Source: Lama guanicoe (taxonomy: Eukaryota). Taken from it: a stretch of DNA of 64,000 bases. Location of the stretch: contig MU054187.1 in NCBI GenBank assembly GCA_013239625.1, positions 21,145,280-21,209,279 on the forward strand, given 5' to 3'. The notes under the pieces are model-generated. The model did no database searches. It was not told the origin of the DNA and was given only the letters and a program-made list of their open reading frames with translations. Below, one piece after another: positions 26,053 to 39,010 of the stretch. How positions within the stretch are numbered: position 1 is the stretch's first letter; each line of letters starts with the position of its first letter. The position numbers and the translations under genes are program-made.

Positions 26053-27652
26053 ATAAATGTTTTCAGTCTTAATGGATAATGGCCATAAGCTAGAAAAATG
26101 CAAGCAAATTGTAGACTTTGGCTAAATATGAGGGAAGCAAAATGATTCTTTTCCATTTAAGACTGAAAAGAAAAGAAGGAGAAAAGAAAAAAGTTCAATT
26201 AAATATACCACCATTTATTTTATTCTGAATTTGGGTCACAGTGTTCTGAGTAAGTAAAAAACTGTTGGATATATGTTTAGATTTCTTAAGGCATTTTCAT
26301 GGCATTGATTTTTCCACATTTTAAAATAGCTTAGGGTTAGGGTTTTGGATTAAGGTTAGAGTTTAAACAGTTTAATTATTTGAATAGCTGAATTAATACT
26401 TCTGCAGTTCTGTGTGTATCTCCAAGTGTTATGAGTTGGTGTATGTTTGCATATTATTCCTTCTTTGCATTTCTGGAATTTAGGGAACCCAGTTATATTT
26501 CTTCTTGAGACTTTGAGTTGTACACTCACTTTGAAAATCAGTTTGGCCATATGAAGCTGTGTGGGTGTAGTGCTGAAGGGAGGGGGTGGGGATGAAAATA
26601 AATGGAAAAAAAACCCCTCCCTTATCTTTGCTTATTTTAATAAGTAACATCTGGGAATATAATGTTAGGTAAATATATTCAAGTATATTCTGGATCAGAA
26701 AGTACTAGGTAAGTGGAAAATAAGAGGTGGCAGTCTTGGGCACTTTCTTTTCATATAACCATTTTCAATAAATTGTTTATACAAACATACACATATTACC
26801 TCTTACCCGGGAACATCAGAACTGAATTCTTAAGCTTATGTAATCAAGAAACATGAGAGTCTAAGACATGTTGAAATAAATAAAATACCAGTGCTCTCTA
26901 GAAGCATTAAAGAATCTCATGCATTCAGGATTTGCTGGAATTTGTCCTTTTTGGCATTGAAAGGAGATGACGGGTGATTATACTGTCAAAGCTTCTGGTT
27001 CTCAAATATAATCTTCAAAGGAGTACTGGTACAGACATAGAATAATTTTAATAGACTTTGAAACATCTGGAAACAGAGAAGAAAACTTGCATAGTAACAT
27101 AGGACTGTTACCAGCATTTTTCACTTTCTCTCCTCTCTCTCTGAGAGACACACACATATATGCTTTAATGTTTGAGTAGATAATAGAGAACTGTCTTCTT
27201 GCACAACAATAGTGGTTGCATTTTTTTCTGAAATGATATTCTGATTTATTTCAAATTTTATTTTGTTCTCTTATTTCGAATCCTGGAAGCTTCCTGAAAC
27301 CCATTCCTTTTTTTAAATAGCTTTATTGGGATATAATCATGTATCATTCAATTCACTTATTTAAAATGTACCATTCAGTGTTGTACTGAGTATTTCACAG
27401 AGTTGTACATTTATCACTACAATCAAATTTAGGGCATTTTCATTACCCGCTTCTGAAATATCCTGCACTCCTTAGTCATCACCCCCCCAAACCACCCCGC
27501 CTATCCCTCTTTGCCCCAAGTAAACACAAATCTATAATCTGTCTTTATAGAGTTGCCTTTTCTGGACGTCTCATGCAGGTGAAATCATACAGTATGTTGT
27601 CCTTTGTGACTGGCTTCTTTCACTTAGTATAAAGTTTTTAAGGCTTGTCCAA

Positions 27653-27728
27653 TTTTTTTTCAGTGATGATCTCTATTTTATTGAAGTATAGTCAGTTACA
27701 ATGTGTCAATTTCTGGTGTGGCATCCAT
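27653..27728 (-). mobile_element. Very short nested L1 3' end
   Basis: ttttattgaagtatagtcagttacaatgtgtcaatttctggtgt, flanked by a diverged duplication gtttttaaggcttgtcca / gttttaaggttcatcca. Confidence 0.7.
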
Positions 27729-28264
27729 GTTTTAAGGTTCATCCATGTAGTCTATGTCAGTCATGTGTTTCTTTTTATTGCCAAATAGTATTCCATTGTA
27801 TGGATGCATCACATTTTATTTATCCATTAATTGGTTGATGATAGATATCTGGATTGTTTCCGCCTTTTGGCTACTATGTATAATGCTGCTGTAAATATTG
27901 CGTGAATGTAGGTTTCCATTACTTGGGTGTATAACTAGGAGTGGAATTGCTGGATGGTGTGGTACCTCTAAACTTTTAAACTCTGAAGACTGGAGGAATT
28001 TCCAAACTGTTTTTCAGCTTATCTGCAACATTTTACATTCCCCTTTAGCAGTGTATGAGGATTCCAGTGTCTCCGTATCCTTAACAATACTTGCTATTAA
28101 TTGTTTTTGATTAGAATCATCCTAGTGGGTGTGGAGTGGTGTGTCATTGTGTCTTTAATTTGCATCTGTCTCCCTGATGCTTAATGGTATTGAACATCTT
28201 CTCATGCTTATTGGCCATTTTTATATCTTATTTGGAGAGATGTCTTTTAGATCCATTGGCCATT

Positions 28265-28900
28265 AAAATTTTTATTTGTAAAATACATATAAATATAAAA
28301 TTTATCATTTTAGCCATTTTTATGTATATGGTTCAATAGTGTTGAGCATATTTACATTGCTGTACAGAAATCTCAAGATTTTATTTATCTTGCAAAACTA
28401 AAACTGATAGCAACTCCTCATTTGCCCCTCTTGCCAGCCCCTAGTAACCCCACGTTTCAGACACATTCTGCCTTTGGTTTCTATGACTAGGACTACTTTA
28501 GATACCTCATATGAGTGGAATCATACAGTATTTGTCTTTTTTTGGTGACTGGCTTATTTCACTTAGCATAATATCCTCAAAGGCCATCAATGTTGTTGTA
28601 TGTTACAGTGTTTCCTTCTTTTTTAAGGTTGAGTAATATTACATTGAATGCTTTTACCACATTTTGTTGATCTGTTCATCTACTGACGACCATCTGATTT
28701 ACTTCCATTTCATGGTTATTGTGAATAATGCTTGAATGTGGGTGTGCAAATATCTATTTGAGGCCCTGTTTTTGGATATATACCCAGAATTGGGATTTTT
28801 GGTCTTATGATAGTTCTGTTTTTAATTTTGGAGGACCATCATGCTGTTCTATAAAGCTGTTGTATTGTTTTAAAATCTCACCAACAATGCACAAGGGTTC
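28265..28900 (-). mobile_element. Second old L1 3' end nested in the L1 above
   Basis: A new 3' terminus (aaaatttatcattttagccattttt...) is followed by a second copy of gactggcttatttcacttagcataat. Decayed TSD ccattggccatt (28253-28264) / cctttgaccatt (28901-28912). Confidence 0.8.
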
Positions 28901-29009
28901 CCTTTGACCATTCTTAAATTGGGTTACTTATCTGTTTATTATTAAGTTGTGATAAGTTTTATGAATATGTTTCTAACACATTCCTAAATGAAACCACTAC
29001 ATGGACTGC

Positions 29010-29250
29010 TGTTATGGTTAAGAGTGTACGCTCTAGTTCTAGAATCAGAGTACGAAGTCTGTGACCTTGGATGAACTCTATAACCTCTCCCTTCTCTTCA
29101 CTTCCTCTTCTGCGAAATGGGGTAATAATAGCACGTACAGCATCGGTTTGGATGGAGGGCGAAATCGGGCACCGAATGAATGGCACACAAAAGAATGCCT
29201 GACAAATGATCAGTACTCAATACTCGTTAGCTATTGTAATTATAATAACT
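29010..29250 (+). mobile_element. MIR
   Basis: atggttaagagtgtacgctctag...ctgtgaccttggatgaactc...ttcctcttctgcgaaatggggtaataatagcac. Confidence 0.75.
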
Positions 29251-29682
29251 TCATGTCATTTTTTCAGACACGTGTATCAGATGGTTTTTATAGCTCAGTC
29301 TCCGTGGTGTATTTATACCTCTTCGTGCACATTTTCAGTGGTAAATCCTTCAGCGGTTTCTGTTCCTGTGGTTGGGCACAGCTGGTGGTGGGAAGACTGC
29401 AACCCGGCACAGCTTGTCATGGCTAATTGTCCCAGAGTTTCAAAAGAATGGAAAAGCCAAGGACAGAGTCTTAATTTTTTTTTCAAAACTTTCTATTGTG
29501 GTAAACTTCAGGTACACAAAAATAGAGGTAATGATTGAGGGAATCCTATATACCTAACATCTAGATTGAACAATGATCGACAGCGGCAGACAGTGTTAGA
29601 ATCAATAATTTGCAGACATAATGAACATGACGTGACTCAGGACTGAACAAGTCTAGATTCCCAAGCATTTTTACGTACCTCT

Positions 29683-29762
29683 TGAGGTAATGAACTTCCC
29701 TGTATCTCCTTCACAAAAGAATGAGGTAATGAACTTCCCTGTATCTCCTTCACAAAAGAATG
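29683..29762. repeat. Perfect 39-bp tandem duplication
   Basis: tgaggtaatgaacttccctgtatctccttcacaaaagaa occurs at 29683-29721 and 29722-29760, followed by tg. Confidence 0.95.
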
Positions 29763-29949
29763 TGTTTGCTGATATTCTGTCTTTGGACAGAAAGGTGAGA
29801 GAAGGCAAATTATCTGAGTGCAGAATCAACTTTCACCGGAAAATGAAACTTTAAATTATAAGTTTTAAGATTCATTTCACTTTGAAAAACTGATTCTGTG
29901 AATAAAATATGTTGCTGCATCTTTCAGCAGCATCATCACAATTGTGATA

Positions 29950-30110
29950 CTGGCTGTAACTACTGATTGCTTACTATGAACCAGCTTCAGTATCACCTTA
30001 TTCTCACAACAATCCTATTAAACAGTACTAAGATTATTATTACATAGATGAAGAAATTGAGGCTTATTCCTGGTTAATAAAGTGTCCAAGGCAAGTGATG
30101 AGATTAAATA
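29950..30110 (-). mobile_element. MIR
   Basis: ttattctcacaacaatcctatta...tacatagatgaagaaattgaggctta. Confidence 0.65.
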
Positions 30111-30279
30111 TAAATACAGAGATTACACTTAAGCACTATAGCATATCTCAAAGCGTTTTACAATCTTTAGCTTAATAACGCAGGAAAAAGAAAGCTATGA
30201 CACATTGCCTTATTTAAAAGTAAAGGTTTTGATGTATTTGTCACTTTAACTATACCTGTGATGATGTCACTTTAAAACC

Positions 30280-31230
30280 TATTATCATTTAGGTTAGGCC
30301 AGCTGCTGCACGAATAGACCCAAATATATGTAATGGCACAAAGCAACAGAAAGTTCTTTCTTGTGCATTCTGTTTGCGTCGGGTAGGTGAGCACGTGTCC
30401 ATGGCAGCTCTACTCCATTCAGGCACTCAGAGACCCGGGCAAGTTGAGGATCTTTGATTTTCAGCACCTGGCTTTTCAAAAGGAAGCAGTTTGCAATGTC
30501 TGTAATGCATCATCTGTCTCCCTGGGGGGAACCCCCAAAAGGAAGAAAAGTGAACACCTCTGATCTTTTTGTAAGCAGGCTGATAAGTGCGATACGGGTG
30601 ATATTTCCCATCCGGAAAGGCTTTCTTTGGCTTGTTTTTTTCATTGATGAAATGTTCCTGGTCTGACTTGGGTTGCACGCAAACCTATGAATTTAGGGAG
30701 CATAAATTCCTGGAAGATGTCATATAAACGACGTAAAAATTGAAGATTAAAAAGGGAAATGTTCCCTGAGCAAAATCTCTTTTGTGTGAGTGATTGTATT
30801 TAACCCTTAGACATTCGTGTTCAGTCTGGATGAGAATGAGTCCTAAGGTGGTCCTAAACTTTGCCCCACTTTTCCTTGCCTTCTGGTATCCTGGAAATCA
30901 GTAGTAAAGCTTGGTCTTGGATAAGATCTGGGTTTTTTGGGAGTCTCACTTGACAGTCCAAGGCTAATAGTATTGACCTGGAGGGTACAGGAGGGATTTT
31001 CCATTCCAGCCAGAGTCAAGGGCAAAAAAGCTCACAGGAGCATTCAAGACAGAATTTTATGGGACTGCGCTAGACACAGTGCACCATACTTTCTCTGACA
31101 TTTCATCTCGAACTCTGCCTTATGGTAGCACACCTAATTGTGAGGGAACCCTGGGAAATATAGTCCAGCCAAATACACAGAAAGAAAAGTTTGAGAATTT
31201 GGATTTTAGTGAGCTGCTCTCAGTTTGTTA
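30280..31230 (-). mobile_element. MLT1J-like MaLR LTR split by a ~500-bp insert
   Basis: The left part (agctgctgc...agacccaaa...gcagctctactcc...cagagacccgggc...cagcacctggcttttcaa) and the right part (ccattccagcca...ttttatggg...cacacctaattgtgagggaaccctgggaaatatagtc) match consecutive parts of the MLT1J consensus as recalled. Confidence 0.65.
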
Positions 31231-31289
31231 AAACTCATTCTACGGAGATGACAAAAATATTTTGTACATCTTTCTTCAGAATAATAATA

Positions 31290-31490
31290 TAATTATGGCT
31301 CATATTGATCAAGTGCTTACAATGTACCAGACTAATCATCTCATTTAATCTTCACAGTAGCTCTGTGAATTAGAGAGCAGTATTGTCTGTTTGTAGGCGG
31401 GGGTTCTGAGTCTTAGTGAGGTTACATATATTACCTAAGGGCACAAAGCCAGGACATGAAAGGACCAAGATAGGAACATGCTTCTGAGTA
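31290..31490 (-). mobile_element. MIR
   Basis: aagtgcttacaatgtaccagac...atctcatttaatcttcacagtagctctgtga...ctgagtcttagtgaggtta...cctaagggcaca. Confidence 0.7.
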
Positions 31491-31557
31491 CCATGGTGTT
31501 TTCAAAGCACTTGTAGTCATTAGTCAGGAAATCTATGAATAAGAATGTCACATGGGT

Positions 31558-31683
31558 AGGGTTACCAAATAAAATGTAGGACACTCATGCTGTATTTGAG
31601 ACATGCTTGTACTGAAAACTTACTCAGTGTTTATCTGAAATTTAAATATAACTGGATGTCATGTGTTTTTATTGGCTAAATCT
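31558..31683. mobile_element. MER53 (hAT MITE), internally deleted
   Basis: agggttaccaaataaaatgtaggacactca...tgtttatctgaaatttaaatataactggatgtcatgtgtttttattggctaaatct matches the palindromic arms of MER53. Confidence 0.7.
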
Positions 31684-32144
31684 ATTTAGGAAAAAAAGAG
31701 AAACTGTTGATCATGCATTACACTTTTCTATTAATATTTAGAATAATATTACACTTGAATGCTTAGCACTGTGGTGTAATTAATCATAGACATTCTCAGT
31801 TGGAGAAAATAGTGGGATAGTTCTGTCTTGATCATATTATGGGGGGTAAAAGTGTGTGTTTCACTTGCCCAAGGGAGTAGATGATTAGGGTTAGAGGCCA
31901 TGTCTGCCCATCACTAGATCATGCATAGTACTACCTAAACTAACTTTAATATAAAATATTTAAACATTGAAAAGCCATTAAATGTATATCAGCACATATT
32001 TTTACATTTTTTATTGAGCTCCCATTACTCATGTGTGATCTGCATTATTTTATGTATTATATATTCAAAATTATTTGAATATTATACTAGATACTCTAGT
32101 ATATATAAATGAAAATTAACACTATCTTTGTTTCCTTACAATGT

Positions 32145-32241
32145 GGATAATTTATTATTGACAGGACACTATTGAAGGGTAAAGGGATGCCCTTAAAAAT
32201 TATTCCAGGACAACAGGTGACAATGGGACAGATAGTCACTC
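32145..32241. mobile_element. MER94-like hAT relic
   Basis: ataatttatt...caggacactattgaagggtaaagggatgc...aattattccaggacaacaggtg...gggacagatagtcactc. Confidence 0.6.
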
Positions 32242-32989
32242 CAGTGGGCCACCTTGGTTTGAGCTTTGCAATCACGGAACTTTAGAGGAGGGACGTTATC
32301 ACAGACTTCATTTAATATAATCTTACTTATAGACTAAGGAATCTGAGGGCAAGTGAAAGTAAATGATATTTTCTGTAGATTAGTGATTCTCATTCAAGTT
32401 AACGAGAAGCAATTGATGTAACAATTTTCAGTCATTCACTGCCCTTGTATATGGGGCCTAAAATCCTTATATTCTAAAACGATATTAACTTCAGCTAAGG
32501 TGCTAAAGGCAAGAATGAAATCTTAACACATTAGTAACAGATATCTGCATTCATTCCTTTAGAACTCAAATCCATTTCTTCTAAACTTATTAAGAATTAA
32601 GTATATATTACCTAAAGTTGATTATATATGTATATATTTATTCAGCTTATAGTCCAGACTATCTTTTTTATTCTGATGACTCTGTGTTGTTGAACAAATG
32701 GCAAGTCTCTCTGTGACAAACTGTAGAGCTGAACCAAGAAATGGCCAAGCCCCAGAATCTCAGAGTCTTCCGTTAACATGGTCTCTGGTAAACATAAGAG
32801 CAGAACACATCTTTGGTGTTTCTGGAGGTAGCTAAATATTATTTGCACTTGAAATTACTATATTATTCTTCGAGTATCTCTACTATATGCCAGACACAGG
32901 TTGTTAAACAAGAAAAATACTCTCTGAAAACGTAGTCCCTAATTTGCGTATATTTAAGCTTTCTCATTTTTCTACGATAACACAAAGGG

Positions 32990-33230
32990 AGAGACAGTGT
33001 TAAGTGATGTTAAGAATATGCACCCTTGAACCAGACTGCCTGGGTTCTATTCCTGATGCCAACACCCTAGCTTGTGGAAACATGGACAAGGTACCTAACC
33101 ACTTAGTGTTCTCGTCTGTAAAATGGAATTGATAATATTAATGACTGCATAATCTTGTTTGAATAAGTAAGTAATTTAATTGATATATCACTCAAAAGAA
33201 TGTCCTTCATAGACTGAGCATACAGTAAGT
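32990..33230 (+). mobile_element. MIR
   Basis: gttaagaatatgcacccttgaaccagactgcctgggttctattcctg...ctcgtctgtaaaatgg. Confidence 0.75.
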
Positions 33231-34594
33231 AACCTCTCATTATTGTAGTATTTCTTCTCAACAAAATAGATCCCTCTTCTCATTGCCTGTTATTTTGGGT
33301 TTATTTCTTTTTTTTTCAAGTATAAACTTTGTAAACAGTGAGCCATTGAAATAATAAGACATTACTATTTATAATATGTAGTTTTGTAAATTAATTGTTC
33401 AGATGAAATTCTGAAAGGGAATGACCCTTTAAACCTACTGCAGTGATAGTATATTAACTTTTTGCATGTTTTATAGATTAAGTTAAAAATTGATTTAATA
33501 AGATCATTTCCTGTGTTTGATTAAGGTACATTTATTTTATCATTGTCATCTTCTTACTGCTTCAAGAAAATATTGCTCAAGTATTTAAGTTGGAATTTTA
33601 CAGTGTATATTAAAAATGGAATAGGAGAATACAGTTATTTTCTGCTTGAATTCCCAGATTATGATGTACATTCAGAATGAGAAAGAAAACAAATTCTGGG
33701 ATGAATCTTGTCTCAGGAAGTTGTAGCTTTTTCACTGGAAGTGGAGATTTTTCTTTTCGAAAGCACCGAGATCAATAAATGATCTTATTTTAGGTTTATT
33801 TTTCAAAAATTGCTTGAAAGTGAAATGAAGGCCATATGCATGGGAATTTGGCAGTAATCAGAACTGAACTTTTAAAAATATACCTTATTTTCAGAATGAA
33901 CATGTCAAATATTTCATACTTGACTTTTTCCCCATGTTTTGACATTGAGAATTCTTATTCTAGTGTCTGTTTCCACGGCCATGTCTGAACTGTAGAGCAT
34001 CATTAGAAAAAAGCAGAAGATCTCGCTGATAGGATCTACTATTTGTGAAGCTTCAAATAAGCTCTCAGCTGGTATTTCTTAATCTCTTTTTTCTTCCTTG
34101 CTTTTTTCTTTTTCAATGACTTTATTTTGTCATCCTTTCAAGTGACTTTTCCAGTATTTCATTCTTTCTGTCGTTTTTACCATTCTTTCTATTCCTTCTC
34201 CCTCTAAACCAGGTGATCTCAGGCCTCTTAATTTAAAGGGGGATCATTGAACTCTTTTTTCACTTTTTTCCTGGTTTTGTTCTTTAGAAAAAGAGGTTCC
34301 ATTCAACAGTTTTCTATGAACTGTCTGTCCACAGGTTACTTTGGCAAGCCCAGTCCTCACCATCACGAGGATTAAATGAGATAATCTATGTAAAGCACTT
34401 AGCATAGTACCAGGCACATAATAATAATGACTGTTATTTTGCTTTTTTCCTATTAAATAGTGGATGAAGAGTCAACTATGGATTATTTGTTTAAATCCTT
34501 TTCTTGCAGTTAAATTGCTTGCCTTTGAAAAACAAGATATTTTTCCAACTGTTGGAAATTGCCCTGTCTTCTAATATCCAAAAATAACTGCATA

Positions 34595-34840
34595 AAATAA
34601 TGGTTAGGAGCAAGGGGGCTGGAGCCAGACTTGCTGGGCTCCGGTCCCCTCTTTGTCACTTACCAGCTATTGGTCGAATATCCAGACACTTAAATTTACC
34701 TCTGTTTTCTCGTTGGTTAAGATGGGAGTTATAGGAGAGTCTATAGCCAGTGTCATAATGGAGGAAGAATGTTAATATATGTGAAGCGCCTATAAGTGCC
34801 TGGCACCTGCTAAACACTCAAAAATGTTAGCTATTACAAG
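34595..34840 (+). mobile_element. MIR
   Basis: aatggttaggagcaagggggctggagccagacttgctggg...cacttaccagct...gtgcctggcacctgctaaacactcaaaaatgttagctatta. Confidence 0.8.
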
Positions 34841-34882
34841 TTTCATGGTATTCAGCATTCATTATTTCAGCAAGTATATTGA

Positions 34883-34973
34883 TTTTTTTTTTAATGGAGG
34901 TACTGAGGACTGACCCCAGAACCCTGTGCATGCTAAGCATGCACTCTACCACTGAGCTATACCTTCTCCCCTT
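34883..34973 (-). mobile_element. tRNA-Ala-derived SINE (vic-1-like), short form
   Basis: The reverse complement reads ggtatagctcagtggtagagtgcatgcttagcatgcacagggttctggggtcagtcctcagtacctcca followed by an A tail. TSD agcaagtatattga (34869-34882) / agcaagtataatga (34974-34987). Confidence 0.9.
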
Positions 34974-37900
34974 AGCAAGTATAATGAAACCTTAATCACT
35001 ATGATTGGTTTTGGAATATAAGACAAAGGAAAATATGTTCTTTCTAGTCTAGAGAGGAACAAATATTAACCAAATAAAAACAAAACTACAAATAAAACTA
35101 CAAACAATATTAAGAGCTAGGAAGGAAAACGTCTTGTGGATGGAGGGGACCTGATGGAATATGGAAAATGGAGCAAGTGTAAGGGCCTTAGGGTGAGTAG
35201 GCACGCACTCGAATTTTATTGTATTTTGTTTTGATGGAGGTAATGTTTTATTTTCTGAATATAATAAAAGCCAAAGCATTGCCTGTGTTCTTTACCTGAA
35301 TATTCACTTAGAGTCTTCTCACATGGACCCTAGATTGTCTGTTGTGAAGGAAAGCAGGACATTTTTTTCTGGAGAGATTTTACTGTGGGTTTCATTCCTA
35401 TCACAAGTGAATTGCAAATCCCAAAGGCTTGCACACTGTAAGATGGTATTAGTAGTTGGGATACAAAGGTCCCAGTTTTATTCCTTTAATGACTTCCTAA
35501 TTATAGATTTCTTTTCCTTTAATTTCAGCCTTTGTATTAATGATAAAAGTAATCTGCAATCTCTCTCAAATAACTTTTGCAGTAAAAGCAATTAGGTAGA
35601 TATATTCTTGGCTCCTTAGACAGAAAATAGATTTAGACATGCAGGAAAAACTTGGTCATTAAGGGCCCAGGTAAGTATAATCCTCTAACAGTTCATGGTA
35701 CAAGGAATTGAGCTCAAGAGGTGGTGTATAGTACAAAGTAAAAAATTTTGATCCAGAATTCGGAGGTGCACTGGTAATTGGTGAACTTACCAAGAGGTTA
35801 TGAAAGCAAAACTCTATAGACTTTGGAGAATAGATAACTAGTTCACTAAAAGGAAAAGGAAGAAGAAGAATCAAAAAGAAAGAATGCAACATAAAAGAAA
35901 CAAAAGGGTTAATAAAGGTCTTGCTAAAGAAATAGCTTTTCTTTATATAAAAAATACTAAGTCTTTTCTCACTGCTATTTTATAATACTAACTATATACA
36001 TTACCAATTATATAAATACTAAATATGTAATTATGCACAAAACTGAAAGGAAATTTTTCTAGTTCTTCAAAATCCATCATCAAAATTAAAAATCTCCAAC
36101 AAAACTGTCAATTTAAGACCACAAAGAGCAAGTCCTGAGGATTTATTTTTAAAGATTTAGGTATTTTAAAGTTTCAATATTTTTTTTTAGTTATCAATTA
36201 CTCAGTTCTTTTTATATCTTGTACAATATTTTCATTAATTTAAGGAATGATAAGTGAATATTTTACTTATTTATTTACAAATTTAGGTTTTGGGGGGAAA
36301 GATAGGTGTTACTGTGACCTGTCACTATATGTTTATGGAAGGAAGAAAAATTCCCTCTTCTTATCAGACAAGCTGTACTGACACCCAAATTCTGTATATT
36401 TAGCTATGTTTTTGGATGAGCAGCTTAATTTAGTTGGACATTTCAGTTTCTTTCACTATATGTTTTACATTTGAAAAGAGAGAATTTATCTTACTTTGCC
36501 TTATTTTTTCATGATTCTCTGGAATGTATCCTTTGTAGAAAGCCTTATATTTGAAGTTGTCAAACACAGTTGGTCTTCAATTAGAACGTGCAGAAAAGTG
36601 CAAATTGTTGTAACATCTATCTCCTGCTCTACTCAAAATGAAGGTGGAATGCATAAGGTTTTATACGAACTAAATAATCTTCATTTTACAAATAATTTGC
36701 ATATAGAATGAGTTTTATTATAGAGAGTTAACTAATGTAATCAGGAAGATCAGTTTCTTGTTTTCGATTTTAAGTCATGAACCAAATCTTTCATCATTAA
36801 GTCTGTAGCTTAGATTTTGCTGGTTGGAATATATTAAGCTGGAATATATTATTATTTCTAATCTTATTTTTCTTTGTATGCCATATATGTTGTGGGGTTT
36901 TCTATTTATTAAAAATCTCATTTTGATAGGCTTGTTTTTTATTATTTTTAATGCAACTTCAAATCTTTTAACTAAAGAAACCTTAATATTAGTTTATAAA
37001 AGAATGTACTTAAACTCCTAGTGTTTTCAGAAATAATGGTCTCATGATGGTCTTCCCTTTTGGTCCACATGAGATCATTTTCTCATAATCTCGTAATAAC
37101 ATTTTATTACTTTGTAAATTTTCTTGAAAATTATATTCATTTCTGTGGGTATAAATTGTATATCTATGGTTATTCTTTGTAGTAAAGAAACATCAACAGC
37201 ATTTTTGCTGTTTTTATTTGGTTTTGGTCTATTCCTGATAGACTTCTTTCCATGTTATTTATAGTTCATTAATGTGAATTTCCCAGGAGAAAGTTGGCTC
37301 TTATAGTACGTGACTGTGGCTTGGAAAGTTTGCTTATGTCTGTATTTCAAATGACTAAATACCTTTGGTCCCCATAATGGCAGGTGAAGAGAAGCCAATG
37401 AAGGAGTAGACCAGATGTTTTAGTTGACTGGTGCAAAACATAGTCAGACTATCTATTATCCCTATGTTTTTGTGTCTTTCAGTATGATTTTATGGCATCC
37501 TAGGTAAATGATTTTGAACATAGTTGATGTACAGACATATTTAGGATTCAGCTATCAACATTTACATGATCATTAGAAGTCTAATCAAGTGCTAGTGCCA
37601 TTTTAACACTACAGGTGAAATGTCTGAATATCTGAAAAGTAATTTTTGTTTCTTTGTTTGTTTACATTTTTATGGCTCACTGATATTTATATTTTATGTC
37701 CCTTCAATATAGTCAGAATGTTATCGGAGAAACCTTACAGGTTCGTACTGCAACACGATTACATGGCCAAGGAAATCTGGAGAAAGAGAGGGGATCGTAG
37801 TGCTTCTGGGTCCCGCTTCCCATCCCAGTGCTGTACTGGTTCTCATCCCTGCATGAGGATGGTAACCATCTGGAGCTCTTTAAACAAGGTTAGACCTATA

Positions 37901-38704
37901 CCCTAGAAACACTGAAATCCAAGATTCACTGAAATCAAGATTCAAGGTCTTAAGAAATCATAATTTTTAAATCTGTAGATGATTGTGATGGACCATCGAG
38001 ATTGAAAACATGTATTTTATACATTTAATCTTCCAGAAAGTATATAAGGATTCACATGATTTCTCACTAGCAGAACTGAAATTAGAATTGGGCCACTTGA
38101 TACCACCTTCACTGTAAAGTACTGGCTCTGTTTGTGAAGAATGGAAGTATTTTATTTGTAGACACATGTTTAGTTTAACCACAACATTGGTAACTAGTTT
38201 CCTTGCCTGGATCCACCACCTGCTTGGCAATTCTGAGCGAATTGTTAAACTCCTCTGTGCCCTAGGGCACTGTGTCTTCCTGTGCAGACCACATCTAGAA
38301 ATGAAAAGCTGATATTTTTTGTAGAGTTAGCGAAAATAAATTACTGAGTTACCAGGGCAATGTTACTTAATTAGTTAATCTTAATTACATATATCTTTGT
38401 GTGTGTATAGAATTTGTGTGTATAATTTTTACTGAGAAGGTACTGGCCCTCTGTTATCAGCACACATTCCTTTCATTCATTTATTTACTCAGTCATCCAA
38501 GAAGTGTTAAACCTTTAATACATCAGTCAGTACTCCGGCATACCAACATCAGTCATGCTTTTTCAATGCCAACAAAAGCACCTGATTAAGGGTCATTTAA
38601 TGATGAATTAAAGTCTATAGATATCTTTGTATGGTACAAATCTACTGCTTATTTGGCATTTTGAGATTTCCTACATAGTAATCGCCCTTTGGCAACGAAG
38701 GAGA

Positions 38705-39010
38705 TCCCATTCATCCTATATCCACCAACTTTGTATTTACTCAATATTTATTGAGCATTTATTATGTACCAAATGCAACCTAGGAGCTGGGAATACCAAG
38801 ATCAGCAAAATTATACCTCATACTCATCCTCATTCCACATAAGAGCTACTGGTTAGATAGACGTTAAATATTAGAAAAATAAAAACAGAATTCAACCTCT
38901 GATAAGTGCAGTAGCCCAGAGAACAAAGGTAGTCTGTGGTAGGAGTCGGGGTAGACGAAGGAGCAAGGGAAGGTAAGACTTCCTTGAGAAGGTGACACTT
39001 AAACTCCAAA
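38705..39010 (-). mobile_element. L2 3' end
   Basis: cattcatcc...atttattgagcatttattatgtacca...ctaggagctgggaatacca...gacttccttgagaaggtgacactt. Confidence 0.7.

Larger units (their letters stand above)
27305..28975 (-). mobile_element. Old L1 (L1MB-like) 3' region carrying two nested L1 insertions
   Basis: ctttattgggatataat...tggcttctttcacttag...ttggccatttttatatcttatttggagagatgtc. It resumes after 28900 with cctttgaccattcttaaattgggttacttatc. Confidence 0.85.

Noticed and set aside
30843..31025. Endogenous bornavirus N similarity from the TTDF motif in a minus-strand ORF
   Set aside because: Only four residues match and the flanking sequence does not align with my recollection of the N protein.
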